From assembly GCA_035482155.1 (NCBI GenBank), contig DATHRB010000053.1, positions 17,620 to 81,619 of the forward strand: a stretch of 64,000 bases of DNA, read 5' to 3'. This DNA comes from Verrucomicrobiia bacterium. GTDB taxonomy: Bacteria > Acidobacteriota > Terriglobia > Acidiferrales > UBA7541. A program made the translations under genes and the position numbers. Positions 28,232 to 38,174 of the stretch are shown in pieces. The notes beneath the pieces were generated by a model, which saw nothing but the letters and a program-made list of their open reading frames with translations, made no database searches and was not told the origin of the DNA. The stretch's first letter is position 1; each line of letters opens with the position of its first letter.

Positions 28232-31219
28232 CTACGAACTCAATGCCTCTTCATGACTCGGGCAAATCGGCCGGTAAGCACAATTGCGGCACAGGTACCC
28301 CGGCTTTGGCGGAAACTGTCCGGCGCGAATGTCCTCCGCGACCTCCTGCACAATTTTCTGCGCATCTTGCAGTTGCTTGGCATCTCGCGTTGTCGCCTGT
28401 ATCTGATTATTTTGCAGGTAATGAAACACCAGCCGCACAGGGTTCCATTCGAATATCTCCACCGCCGCCAGCGCGTAAATGCTCAACTGCAAATCCCGCC
28501 GTGCATCCAGATCCTTCTTCGGCTTCCCGGTTTTGTAATCCACGATTTCCACGTTGTTACCGCCCAACGCATTCACCTGGTCAATGCGCCCGGCAATAAT
28601 CACGTTGTTCTCCATCGGCAATTCGAACGTCTTCTCCTGCTCCAGAATTTCCGGCAAACTCTCCAGCATCGCCGCGTGAAATACTTTCAGCTGTTCCAGC
28701 CCATCTTTCTTGTATTCGTTCTCCTGATAATCGTCCTCAAACCCCGCCGATTTCCATTCCGTCTCAAATATTCGTTGCACTTCCTCGAATGGCAACTTGT
28801 TGCCCTTGCGCAATTCCGCCAGCGTTCGCCTGATCGTGTCGTGCACCACCCGCCCAAACGTCAACGTCCCTCGCGGCCCTTCCTCCAGCGCCCATAGCCG
28901 CCCAAACAAATATTGCTGCGGGCATCTGCGGTAATTGTCCAGCGCCGAAGGGCTCAGCTTCAGCGGCTCCGGCGACGGGGGATGAAACGTTTCCGCCCAC
29001 GAAGCAATGCGCGAAAAAATTCGCGGCGGATCAATCGGCGCCGGAAACAATGAAGCCGCCATCGCGCTGCCGCTCGGAACCACATCACTCGGCACTCGCG
29101 CAGCCAGTCGTGGCGCCATCTGCACCACGTCCCGCCACTTCACCAGCGGATCCATCACAATGTCCTCGACAAAAGTAGGCACTTTGCCTTTTTTGTCCGT
29201 CAACGTGGTAATCGTCAGCCGTTCGCGCGCCCGCGTCAGCGCCACGTAAAACAGCCGCCGCTCTTCCTGAATGTGGAATTGCTCCGCGGGCGCGCCTTCT
29301 TTCATCAGCTCGGCAGGGAACTCAAACACCCGCGTCCGCTCCGACGCCGGAAACGCCTTGTTATTCAGCCGGAGCAAAAACACGTGCGGAAACTCCAGCC
29401 CCTTCGCGCCGTGTACCGTCATCAACTGCACCGCATCGCCCGGAACATCGTCTTCCAGGCTCACCGTCCCGCCCGCCTGATCGAAATAATCCAGATACTC
29501 CAAAAACTCCGCTAGCCCCTTCGTATCGCTTTTCGGCTCCCACTCCACAACAAATTCCGCCAGCCGCGTCACATATTTGCGATCCTGCACCGCCGCGCGC
29601 TCGCGAATTTCCAACCAGTCGATCACCGATCCCAGAATTTGTTTCGCGCTCCTCCGGTTAATTGTCTTTCGTTGCGCCAAAAGAAAATCCAGCAGCACCT
29701 GTACCGCCGCTTGTGACGCATCAAACGCCAGTTCCGTCTGCGGTGCCTGCAAAATATCGATCAGCGCGGCCCCGCGTTTCTTCGAAGCCCGCTGCGTCAG
29801 CCTCACCAAATCTTCCGGCTCCATATGCCAAGCCGGCGCCGCCAACACCCGTGCGCACGCCACATCGTCGTATGGCTGCGCGATCAGCCGTAGGTACGCC
29901 AGTACATCCCGCACCAACGGATGCTCCAGAATCGAAAGCTTGCTGATCACAAATGGAATCTTTGCCCGCGAAAGCTCTTCCACCAGATGATCGCGATGCG
30001 CGTGTTGCCGGTACAACACCGCGAAATCCTTCCAGCGGTGTCCCGCGCGGTGCAGCCGTTGCAGTTCCCCCGTAACCCACCGCGACTCATCATCCGCATT
30101 GGCCAGTTCCGCGATGCGAATTTTCTCACCCTCGGGGTGCGGCGTCGTCAGTACCTTGGGAGGAAAGCGTTCGCTGCGCGCGTTTTGTCCGATAACGTGC
30201 GTCGCCACCCGCAAAATATTCGGCGTGGACCGGTAATTCTCCGTCAACGTCACGCGATACCGGCTGGGATCGTCCGTATCCTTTAACCCCGCGAATCTCT
30301 TTTCAAAAATGGCAAAGCTCGCGAACGAAGCTCCGCGAAAACGGTAAATGGCCTGGTCGTTGTCGCCCACCACAAAAATATTTCGCGGCTCCGCGCACAA
30401 CAGATCTAGCAGCTCGATTTGCGCGATATTTGTATCCTGAAACTCGTCCACCAGGATGTAGCGGTAACGCTGTCGCAGTTTTTCTCGCAGCGCCGCATCT
30501 TTTTGCAGCAGTTCCACCGCGCCGGTAATCAGCGAATTAATTGATACGCGATTCTTCGCGCGCAGCAATCCCTCGCTGGCCCCGTAAGCCCGCGCAATCT
30601 CCTGTTGCAGCGCCACCTGGTCGGCGCGCTCCGCGTACGTATCCTCGTCCAGCTCCCCGCGCTCTGCTTCCAGTTTCGTCCCTAATCCATCCGCATAGCG
30701 CTGGAAGTCTTCGCAGGACACGAGCTCGTCCTGGCAGCGGCTGAAAAATTCCAGAAAATCATTCAGGAACTGTCCCGGGTCCGGCAGCCGCCGGTATTTC
30801 TCCAGCCGCAGCCGCGCCAAATTCCGCCGCAATAAAATCCAGTGATCGCATTTATCCAGAATCACCCGGCCGGGATCCAGTTCCACCAGCAGCGCCTCGC
30901 AAAACGAATGAAACGTCGCCAGCGTGACGTCCTTGCCCCGCTCTCCCACCGCCTTCACCACCCGCGCCTTCATCTCCCCGGCCGCCTTCTTGGTAAAAGT
31001 CAGCCCCAGAATATTTTCGCCCGTAATCGATGCATCATTCTCCAGCAGGTGCCGGATCCGCTCCGTAATCACCCGCGTCTTCCCCGTCCCCGCCCCCGCA
31101 ATCACCAGCAGTGGCCCCGCCCCATGCGTAATCGCGCGCCGCTGCGTCTCATTCACACCCAGCAGGGGACTAGCCGTCGCCGGCAGCCCCATTTCAAAAA
31201 GTGTAGCCATCCGTTCCAT
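28232..31219 (-). CDS. UvrD/PcrA-family SF1 helicase fused to a C-terminal PD-(D/E)XK (RecB/AddB/Cas4-like) nuclease
   Basis: Walker A AGAGTGKT, LVDEFQD, VGDNDQAIYRFRGA, TVHGAKGLEF, EERRLFYVALTRAR; nuclease GRIDQV, DYKTG, QLSIY; Cys in YRRCPQ plus CRNCAYRPIC. Confidence 0.92.
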   Translation of the reverse strand: MERMATLFEMGLPATASPLLGVNETQRRAITHGAGPLLVIAGAGTGKTRVITERIRHLLENDASITGENILGLTFTKKAAGEMKARVVKAVGERGKDVTLATFHSFCEALLVELDPGRVILDKCDHWILLRRNLARLRLEKYRRLPDPGQFLNDFLEFFSRCQDELVSCEDFQRYADGLGTKLEAERGELDEDTYAERADQVALQQEIARAYGASEGLLRAKNRVSINSLITGAVELLQKDAALREKLRQRYRYILVDEFQDTNIAQIELLDLLCAEPRNIFVVGDNDQAIYRFRGASFASFAIFEKRFAGLKDTDDPSRYRVTLTENYRSTPNILRVATHVIGQNARSERFPPKVLTTPHPEGEKIRIAELANADDESRWVTGELQRLHRAGHRWKDFAVLYRQHAHRDHLVEELSRAKIPFVISKLSILEHPLVRDVLAYLRLIAQPYDDVACARVLAAPAWHMEPEDLVRLTQRASKKRGAALIDILQAPQTELAFDASQAAVQVLLDFLLAQRKTINRRSAKQILGSVIDWLEIRERAAVQDRKYVTRLAEFVVEWEPKSDTKGLAEFLEYLDYFDQAGGTVSLEDDVPGDAVQLMTVHGAKGLEFPHVFLLRLNNKAFPASERTRVFEFPAELMKEGAPAEQFHIQEERRLFYVALTRARERLTITTLTDKKGKVPTFVEDIVMDPLVKWRDVVQMAPRLAARVPSDVVPSGSAMAASLFPAPIDPPRIFSRIASWAETFHPPSPEPLKLSPSALDNYRRCPQQYLFGRLWALEEGPRGTLTFGRVVHDTIRRTLAELRKGNKLPFEEVQRIFETEWKSAGFEDDYQENEYKKDGLEQLKVFHAAMLESLPEILEQEKTFELPMENNVIIAGRIDQVNALGGNNVEIVDYKTGKPKKDLDARRDLQLSIYALAAVEIFEWNPVRLVFHYLQNNQIQATTRDAKQLQDAQKIVQEVAEDIRAGQFPPKPGYLCRNCAYRPICPSHEEALSS

Positions 31220-31235
31220 AGTCTATCCAATTGCT

Positions 31236-31265
31236 AGGCGAAGAGGAAGCGAAGCCACGATGAAC
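31236..31265 (-). promoter_or_regulatory. Candidate LexA (SOS) box upstream of the helicase-nuclease
   Basis: Minus strand GTTCAT-CGTGG-CTTCGC-TTCCT-CTTCGC-CT with 11-bp periodicity; closely matches the lexA promoter repeat. Confidence 0.55.
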
Positions 31266-31404
31266 GGATGAAATCGTTGTGTCGAGGCCGATGCCGAGTA
31301 TCGTCGGCCCGCATTGAAACATCAAGTCATACACGCTTACGTTAGTACGAAGAATCTACTGTTGTCGGCAAACAGGGTTGATAACCTGTGCATACGAGGA
31401 AATA

Positions 31405-31617
31405 GTGCCTGACAAATCCAAGACTCGGCAGCAGCTTCTTTCGCAAATGACAGAAATTGTGGTCGGAAACGTCGAGACGATGCCACCAGATGAGCGTGCC
31501 GAACGCGTCGCTGCTTTTCGAAAGGCCATCAAGGGTGACGAGAAGACCGCATTAAGTCGTCCCAAAGCGCCGCGAACTTTTGGTAATCCGCGGAAGTCTC
31601 GTCGTAGCCGAGCTTAA
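31405..31617 (+). CDS. Small hypothetical protein (70 aa, basic C-terminus)
   Basis: GAGGA 4 nt before GTG 31405; open frame to TAA at 31617. Confidence 0.4.
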   Translation: MPDKSKTRQQLLSQMTEIVVGNVETMPPDERAERVAAFRKAIKGDEKTALSRPKAPRTFGNPRKSRRSRA

Positions 31618-31665
31618 AGAGTGCCCGCCTGAATTTTGGAAAATCTCGTTCCGCGAAAATGGAAA

Positions 31666-31696
31666 GGGCGCACCGGCTGTAAATTGCGGTGCGCCC
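31666..31696 (-). terminator. Intrinsic terminator downstream of the beta-barrel gene
   Basis: 10-bp stem GGGCGCACCG/CGGTGCGCCC; U-rich tail on the minus strand. Confidence 0.7.
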
Positions 31697-31741
31697 TAGC
31701 CCATCAAGAAACAGAATTGTAATGGCCGCTTCAGATTTTGA

Positions 31742-32293
31742 TTACCTGCCGAAGCGCCACACGAGTCCGCTCTGTATTCTCAGATTGTTCTGCCCGGCCC
31801 CGGCAAAGTGGGTGTAGAGATAATCGACCTGGATGGCTCGGAAGGAAACGTGCCGCGTCAGGGTGACATCGGCTCCGCCTCCTGCGGCCGCTGCAAAGGC
31901 GTTGCTTGACGTCGAGCCTAGACCAGTTGCACCGGCAGAGAACTGCTCGCCACCGAAGAGCGCCTGGACGAACGGAAACACGCGGCCACGGGTTGGGAAA
32001 TAGATTCGAGGCCCAACAAGATAGCTCAACTCGTGCGAAGTGAGGCCGGACGGCAAGCCCGTCACCTTGCATGCCCCGAACTCACCGATTACGCCAACCC
32101 GCGGCGCAAAATAAGCCCCGAATGAGCCAGACCCGCCCTCGCAGTTAGCGCCGGAAGCTCCGTTGCCCGGATTCAACCGAACATATTGATAGTCTCCAGA
32201 AATCTCGAACCCTCGGCCTTCTTGCGCGTTCGCAGAGACTGCAAAGACCGTGGAAACCAAGAACAACCCACACACCATCAGCAACTTACGCAT
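31742..32293 (-). CDS. Small outer-membrane beta-barrel protein
   Basis: Signal peptide (AVSANAQ), alternating beta strands, YLVGPRI, terminal aromatic strand SGLVWRF. Confidence 0.8.
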   Translation of the reverse strand: MRKLLMVCGLFLVSTVFAVSANAQEGRGFEISGDYQYVRLNPGNGASGANCEGGSGSFGAYFAPRVGVIGEFGACKVTGLPSGLTSHELSYLVGPRIYFPTRGRVFPFVQALFGGEQFSAGATGLGSTSSNAFAAAAGGGADVTLTRHVSFRAIQVDYLYTHFAGAGQNNLRIQSGLVWRFGR

Positions 32294-32642
32294 TTCTCTC
32301 CTCCAAAGAGTGTATTTGGTTCAGCTAGTACTATTACTATGATGAGCGAGACACATTCTCGGGGCAAGCGTGTCGGATTCGATGGTTTCCCGGGACGAAC
32401 TTGTCCTCTAGGTCAAGGCGTTTGACCAGACGAACAGGCTCCAATTTCGTCCTTGCCAGCGCCTCGGCCCGCCTCCTCGGCGATCTCGCCTGCGCTTTGC
32501 TATAGCCCAAAAAAACGCTTGAGCTCAGTCGCGACTACGTGTATTAGGAACCATGAGCGGCGGAACACGTATGTAACTCAGAGGGCCGCAGGAGCATCGA
32601 ATTCGCGCGACCCTCCCCACGAGCGGGAGGTGAAGGCAAGAA

Positions 32643-33761
32643 ATGTCCGTGGTTTCTGCAAGAGAGAGCTTGATTCTGGGCCTCGCAAAGCTGGTTTGGC
32701 TGAGCCTGCCAGTGCTCCTTTGCAGCTTTCCTTTATGGTCTCAACAACCTCCGACCGACCAAACAACGACGAGTGCGCTGGTCGACTTAGAAGGAACACA
32801 GGCTTCCGCCGGGGGACCGCAACACGCTGAGCACCAACCGGGAAGCATCAGCGGCAAGGTTGTTGATCAATCCGGAGCCAACATTGCCGGAGCCGTCGTG
32901 AAGCTTACACGTGAAGGCCAATCTTCGGGCCTGGAGGTAACGTCGGACGAGGACGGGCTATTCGCGTTTTCCAATGTCGCCCCAGGCCCCTTCCAGCTCA
33001 CAATTTCATCCTCGGGTCTCGCGTCGCAGGAGTCGTCCGGAACCCTCCGATCTGGAGAAGCCTACGTCACTCCGCTGATTATGTTGGTCATCCCCACTCA
33101 GGTAACCGAGGTGCACGTTGCACTGACGCCGGAGGAACTGGCAACCGTGCAGATCAAGGAACAAGAAAAGCAGCGGGTCTTCGGAGTGATCCCGAACTTC
33201 TATGTCAGCTACGAACCGATTTCCGCTCCTCTCGCGCCGAAACACAAGTTTGAACTTGCGTGGAAATCGGCTAGTGACCCGATCACACTTGTCGGGGTTG
33301 GGGTGGTCGCGGGGATTAGCCAGGCCGGAGATCGTTGGAGCTCCTACGGACAGGGAGCGCAAGGGTATGCAAAGCGCTACGGCACAGTTTACGCCGATGT
33401 TTTTGCCGCAACGCTTATCGGCGGCGCGGTAATGCCTTCGGTTCTCAAGCAGGATCCACGCTACTTTTACAAAGGAAGCGGTAGCAAGCGATCCAGGATT
33501 CTCTATGCCGCGGCGAGCTCGGTTATATGCAAAGGGGACAACGGGCACTGGCAGCCCAATTACTCGAATGTCATCGGTAGTTTTGCTGGCGCCGGACTGC
33601 AAGCCCTCTATCTTCCCGCCAACGACCGCCGCGGATCCGGGTTCGTGGTCTCCTCGGCGCTAATCAGACTCGGCGAGACGTCCCTCGTCGGCGTCCTTCA
33701 AGAGTTCGTTCTTTCGAAGTTGACACCGAATCGCCCTAGGCGTGTGTCATCGCAGCCCTAA
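32643..33761 (+). CDS. Carboxypeptidase-regulatory-like domain protein
   Basis: GSISGKVVDQSGANIAGAVVKL ... GLFAFSNVAPGPFQL; C-terminal EKQRVFGVIPNFY region of acidobacterial type. Confidence 0.75.
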   Translation: MSVVSARESLILGLAKLVWLSLPVLLCSFPLWSQQPPTDQTTTSALVDLEGTQASAGGPQHAEHQPGSISGKVVDQSGANIAGAVVKLTREGQSSGLEVTSDEDGLFAFSNVAPGPFQLTISSSGLASQESSGTLRSGEAYVTPLIMLVIPTQVTEVHVALTPEELATVQIKEQEKQRVFGVIPNFYVSYEPISAPLAPKHKFELAWKSASDPITLVGVGVVAGISQAGDRWSSYGQGAQGYAKRYGTVYADVFAATLIGGAVMPSVLKQDPRYFYKGSGSKRSRILYAAASSVICKGDNGHWQPNYSNVIGSFAGAGLQALYLPANDRRGSGFVVSSALIRLGETSLVGVLQEFVLSKLTPNRPRRVSSQP

Positions 33762-33909
33762 GTCCTACCGCGGGGGCGCGATTGCGGAACTGCTGCCGCC
33801 CTATTGAGCGCCAACGCACAGTTCGGCGTCGTTCTAAGCATTTGAACTTGGCCAATTGCGTAATCCGCCGGCTGAATAACAATCCACTCTGAAACTGGAA
33901 CCTCCGACT

Positions 33910-34458
33910 TTAGCGCTGCGACTTCTCGCCCGAAGCCACCTGCGCGTTAAACTCCCCCGACTTCTTCTTGGGAACCGACAGCGTTCGCCAATCGCTTCCC
34001 GCAAAATGCCTCGCCACATAAACGATCTGCCCGACGTGGTACGAATAATGAGCAATCTGCCGGTTGATAGCCTGCGTCACCGAATGCGGCTCGGTTCGAA
34101 TAGTGATCGTTCTCGATAAGTCTGCATCCGTCAGCGAAGTGAGCGCTTCGAATAAGTAGTTCCAACCCGCGTCCCACATCGCCACGATTTCGGCGCGCGT
34201 CGCAGGCGCATCTTCAAATTCCGTATCCCGCCGCCGGTCCGGCTTCTCGCCATCCGTCGTCAGAAAATTGCTCCACCGGGACCGCATGTTTCCCGTCATG
34301 TGCTTTACGATAATCGCTACAGAATTCGACTCCGGATCAATCTCCGCGCAAAGTTTCTCGTCCGGACACTGCCCAATCGCGCCATCCCCCAGCCGCTTGT
34401 AGTAACGAAACAAATCAACCGCATCCTTCAGGTACGAAGTCGTGAATTGGTGAGCCAT
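33910..34458 (-). CDS. DUF1572 / DinB-superfamily protein
   Basis: NSVAIIVKHMTGNMRSRWSNFLTTDGEKPDRRRDTEF, RQIAHYSYHVGQI. Start reassigned to ATG 34458. Confidence 0.85.
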   Translation of the reverse strand: MAHQFTTSYLKDAVDLFRYYKRLGDGAIGQCPDEKLCAEIDPESNSVAIIVKHMTGNMRSRWSNFLTTDGEKPDRRRDTEFEDAPATRAEIVAMWDAGWNYLFEALTSLTDADLSRTITIRTEPHSVTQAINRQIAHYSYHVGQIVYVARHFAGSDWRTLSVPKKKSGEFNAQVASGEKSQR

Positions 34459-34756
34459 ACCGCGATTCTCCAGCGCCCCGCCAGGAAACGCAACACCAAC
34501 GCAATCTGCTAATTCGAAAGCAATGGATGCCCCAGAATACGGCCCCAAGTACAATATGCGCCTAGCCGTTTATTTAGTTTGTAATTATATATCTATGTAG
34601 TAAAATAGACTGCGATTAACGCAATACGCTATCGAACCGTTCCTACCTGGCAGTTCGCCCGTCCCGCCATCGTGTCTCCCTCTCATTTCAGAACAGCTTC
34701 AGCTCGTAACATCCAGGGGCTCTCGCGCTCTTTGCTCTCTTTTGAGCCCTTGTGTT

Positions 34757-34960
34757 CTTTGTTTTCAGCATTTTCCAGTATTTTTTTTGCAAACGCCGGG
34801 GATGAGGTACCCCGGTGGCTCAGGGATCAAATTGTCCTTCCAGCGTTATCTATATTATTTTCAGCATCTTCTGAACTCTTTGTCACTTTTTGCAACGCCG
34901 ATCCTTTGTTTTCAATACTTTGTGAACTCTTTCTGCAAAAAACATCCCGGGTGGGGGGCC
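34757..34960 (+). repeat. Three degenerate tandem copies of a T-rich unit of about 45-55 nt
   Basis: Copies start near 34757, 34855 and 34904 with consensus TT(G/A)TTTTCA(G/A)(C/T)A.TT....GAACTCTTT....TGCAA. Confidence 0.6.
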
Positions 34961-35063
34961 CGTACATCATTTTTCTTGCACTGCAGGGTCGCAAGTTTGC
35001 TTGCCTTTCGTGTGTTCCAGTACAATCGACCTTATCCTCACTCCTCTCGCCCGGAGCTAAAAA

Positions 35064-35558
35064 ATGCCTATCAGCGAACTGCTAGTCACTGAATGGGACC
35101 AGGAAGGTGCCAACACCCGCAAGGCCCTCGAACGCGTTCCAGCCGAAAAATGGGATTGGAAACCTCATCCCAAATCGGGAACGCTAGGTTGGATGGCTTC
35201 GCACATAGCCACCCTGCCGCATTTTGCCATCACCACCATCAAGACCTCTGAATTCGAAATCGAGGGTGGCGAACGCCCCAAGGTGGATGGCCATGCACGG
35301 CTGCTCCCTGTATTCGACGAGCAACTCAAGAAGGGCCACGATGCCATCGCCGGCGTGACCGACGAGCAACTCCGTCAAATCTGGACGCTCAAATGGAAAG
35401 GTAACGTTCTGTTTGCCATGCCCAAGTACAACGTCGTCCGCGGCATGTGCTTCAACCACATCATTCACCATCGCGCGCAGCTAACCATGTACTTGCGCAC
35501 CTTGGATATTCCCGTTCCCGCGCTATACGGACCCAGCGCCGACGAACAAAATTTCTAA
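35064..35558 (+). CDS. DinB-family protein
   Basis: [40 protein letters not shown]. Confidence 0.88.
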   Translation: MPISELLVTEWDQEGANTRKALERVPAEKWDWKPHPKSGTLGWMASHIATLPHFAITTIKTSEFEIEGGERPKVDGHARLLPVFDEQLKKGHDAIAGVTDEQLRQIWTLKWKGNVLFAMPKYNVVRGMCFNHIIHHRAQLTMYLRTLDIPVPALYGPSADEQNF

Positions 35559-35605
35559 ACTTTTCAGTTGGGTCCGTTGAGCTGTTCAGAAGTCGGAGAT
35601 TGAAA

Positions 35606-36790
35606 ATGGAAACACCAGTAATTCTCAGCGCCGTTCGCACCCCGGTAGGAAAATTTCAGGGCGGCCTCTCAAGTTTTTCCGCAGTTGATTTGGGTTCCAA
35701 AGCAGTTGCCGAAGCAGTCCGTCGCGCCGAACTCGACGCCAAACAAATTGACGAAGCCATCCTCGGTAACGTAGTCCAAGCCGGTCTGGGTCAGAATCCT
35801 GCACGCCAGGCAGCGTTAAAAGGTGGCCTCGATCCTCGCGTCGCTGCCATGACCATCAACAAAGTGTGCGGCTCCGGCCTGAAGGCGGTCGCACTCGCAG
35901 CTCAAGCTGTGCAACTAGGCGAATCCGAAATCGTCGTCGCAGGCGGCATGGAGTCCATGTCCAATTGCCCCTATCTACTTCCCCAAGCTCGCACCGGATA
36001 TCGAATAGGCGATGGCAAACTCGTTGACTCCATGATTCACGACGGCCTGTGGGATGCCTACGAAGACTTCCACATGGGCATGACCGGCGAATTGGTCGCA
36101 GAAAAATACAAGATCACCCGCGACGAGCAGGATCGTTTTGCATTTGAAAGTCACCAGAAAGCCGTGCGCGCGCGCAAATCCTGCTTCTTTGAAGCACAAA
36201 TTCTTCCCATCGAAGTCCCGCAAAAAAAAGGCTCTGCAATCATGATCAAATACGATGAATCCCCACGCGAAGACACGTCCATGGAAGCCCTCGCGAAATT
36301 AAAACCCGCCTTCAAAAAAGATGGAACAGTCACCGCAGGCAACGCCCCAGGCACAAACGATGGAGCCGCAGCAGTAATCGTCACCAGCGAACGCCGCGCC
36401 CAATCGCTAAACAAAAAACCGATGGCCCGCATCGTCGCTCAAGCCGTCAGCGGAGTCGAACCCAAGTGGGTCATGATGGCCCCGGTGGAAGCCGTGGAAA
36501 AACTTCTGACCAAAACCGGCTGGAACCGCGATAAAGACGTCGACCTCGTCGAACTCAACGAAGCCTTCGCCGTCGCTGCCATCGCGGTCACGCGCCAATT
36601 GCGCCTCAACCCCGAAAAAGTAAACGTAAACGGCGGCGCCGTCGCCATCGGACATCCCATCGGCGCCTCAGGAGCCCGCATCCTCGTCACCCTGCTCTAC
36701 GAATTGCAACGCCGCAACCTGAAACGCGGAATCGCCGCCCTCTGCCTTGGCGGAGGCAACGCCGTAGCCCTCGCCCTTGAAATGATGTAG
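35606..36790 (+). CDS. Acetyl-CoA C-acetyltransferase (thiolase)
   Basis: [51 protein letters not shown]. Start reassigned to ATG 35606. Confidence 0.94.
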   Translation: METPVILSAVRTPVGKFQGGLSSFSAVDLGSKAVAEAVRRAELDAKQIDEAILGNVVQAGLGQNPARQAALKGGLDPRVAAMTINKVCGSGLKAVALAAQAVQLGESEIVVAGGMESMSNCPYLLPQARTGYRIGDGKLVDSMIHDGLWDAYEDFHMGMTGELVAEKYKITRDEQDRFAFESHQKAVRARKSCFFEAQILPIEVPQKKGSAIMIKYDESPREDTSMEALAKLKPAFKKDGTVTAGNAPGTNDGAAAVIVTSERRAQSLNKKPMARIVAQAVSGVEPKWVMMAPVEAVEKLLTKTGWNRDKDVDLVELNEAFAVAAIAVTRQLRLNPEKVNVNGGAVAIGHPIGASGARILVTLLYELQRRNLKRGIAALCLGGGNAVALALEMM

Positions 36791-36892
36791 CAGCAAAAAC
36801 AGAAAATCGCGGGGGCTAGAACTTAACCAATCACGCTACGATTTGAAAAATCACGGAGGGTACGTACTCAGAAATTGCGCGGATTTAACAAA

Positions 36893-36940
36893 CACGGAGG
36901 GTGCCCCTCACTCGATTTGTAGGGTGGGTCTTGGGGTTGT
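36893..36940 (+). repeat. REP-like palindromic element, copy B (partial CACGGAGGGT copy at about 36852)
   Basis: CACGGAGGGTGCCCCTCACTCGATTTGTAGGGTGGGTCTTGGGGTTGT. Confidence 0.7.
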
Positions 36941-36980
36941 TCTTTGCTTCTAAAGTTTGGGGTTTCGTTGCAGTGGGTTC

Positions 36981-37631
36981 TTATACGGAACTGCGGACGA
37001 TCGGCGCATCATTCACCGACGAACCCCCCGCAACAGCCCCCGGCGCCAATTCGCAGGCGCAGTACGGGCAGAATTTATCCGTCTCTCCAACTTCGCGTTT
37101 GCATTGCGGGCAAGTTGGCTGGAGATTGCATTTGCAGTTAGGACAGAAATTAAATCGCGCCCCAACCGTCGCTCCGCATTGCGGGCAGTTATACGGCAGC
37201 GGCTCGCGCATTAAGAAGTAAATAAAAAATCCAAGCGCCAGTGACTGTGACAACACCACGACGAGAATGGTCCACAGCGCCGAGTTCATCCCCCGCCGCT
37301 TGGCGTCGCGATTTACATATCCGAAACCTAGCAGCATGGCCGCCAGCGGGATGCTCGCGGCAGTAACAATTCCCGCGACGCTGAGCACCGAAAGCGCGGG
37401 GTTATTGGGGAATGGCCACATTTCGCCTTCTGGCGTGCTGAGTGCATGCGCATAAAAATTAGCTATAAAAAACGCTACCTGCGCGATTACGAAAAAAAAG
37501 ATGACCATCACGATCAGCCATTTCGGAATGATGCGTAGCTCATCGCGAAATCGCGTCTTCTCTCGAGTGCGGCGAAAACGAATCCGCCTCAATTTTTCAC
37601 TGAACGTGCTGTTAACTTGTAGATCCGACAT
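36981..37631 (-). CDS. Membrane protein with a C-terminal double zinc ribbon
   Basis: Hydrophobic helices, YVNRDAKRRGM, four CxxC pairs (CPQC, CPNC, CPQC, CPYC). Confidence 0.8.
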   Translation of the reverse strand: MSDLQVNSTFSEKLRRIRFRRTREKTRFRDELRIIPKWLIVMVIFFFVIAQVAFFIANFYAHALSTPEGEMWPFPNNPALSVLSVAGIVTAASIPLAAMLLGFGYVNRDAKRRGMNSALWTILVVVLSQSLALGFFIYFLMREPLPYNCPQCGATVGARFNFCPNCKCNLQPTCPQCKREVGETDKFCPYCACELAPGAVAGGSSVNDAPIVRSSV

Positions 37632-37676
37632 GCTGTGACCTCATCGATTCCAAAAAAGATTGCACGCCAAATTTTA

Positions 37677-38174
37677 TTAGCTGCGCTGCAGCCAGTAACT
37701 CTCGCCGCTTTGTTTTTCGTGCTCAGAGAGCAGCACGACCGCAGCGATCAAAGCAGGCACTGCCCACCACAAACCAAATCCCATTTCCCAAACCAACTTT
37801 GGAACGCCGGTTTGTTCTCCGAGCCAGGCAAAGAACCGCCACACAAACGGCGCGCTGGCCACACCGGTGGCCCACGAAATGCCCGCGGCAATCCACAGCA
37901 CGCGGCGGCGCGGTTCGTGCTGGCGAAGTTGTTGCGCGCGCAAACTTACACGGAATTGTGTGCGCTCCGCCAACCCTGCAGGTAACGCGATCGGCATGGT
38001 TTGTAATGAACGCAAAGCCACTGAAGTCTTGCGAGCGAAATCCGCGCAGCTGTCGCACTCCTGCAAATGTGCGGCAAGCCAGGCGTTCTCTGACGAAGAG
38101 ATGCCTTCGATGCGCTCCTGCGAGATCAGTTGCAGCGCCCGCTCATGAACATTTTCATGAATATTTTCGCTCAT
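37677..38174 (-). CDS. Zinc-finger (ZAS/zf-HC2) transmembrane anti-sigma factor
   Basis: HLQECDSC (HxxxCxxC), two TM segments; 4-nt overlap with the ECF sigma gene. Confidence 0.8.
   Translation of the reverse strand: MSENIHENVHERALQLISQERIEGISSSENAWLAAHLQECDSCADFARKTSVALRSLQTMPIALPAGLAERTQFRVSLRAQQLRQHEPRRRVLWIAAGISWATGVASAPFVWRFFAWLGEQTGVPKLVWEMGFGLWWAVPALIAAVVLLSEHEKQSGESYWLQRS

Noticed and set aside
34672-35092. ORF-track ORFs 34672..35085 and 34742..35092
   Set aside because: They are translations of the T-rich non-coding repeat (Phe/Leu/Ser-rich) with no SD, and they overlap the DinB start.
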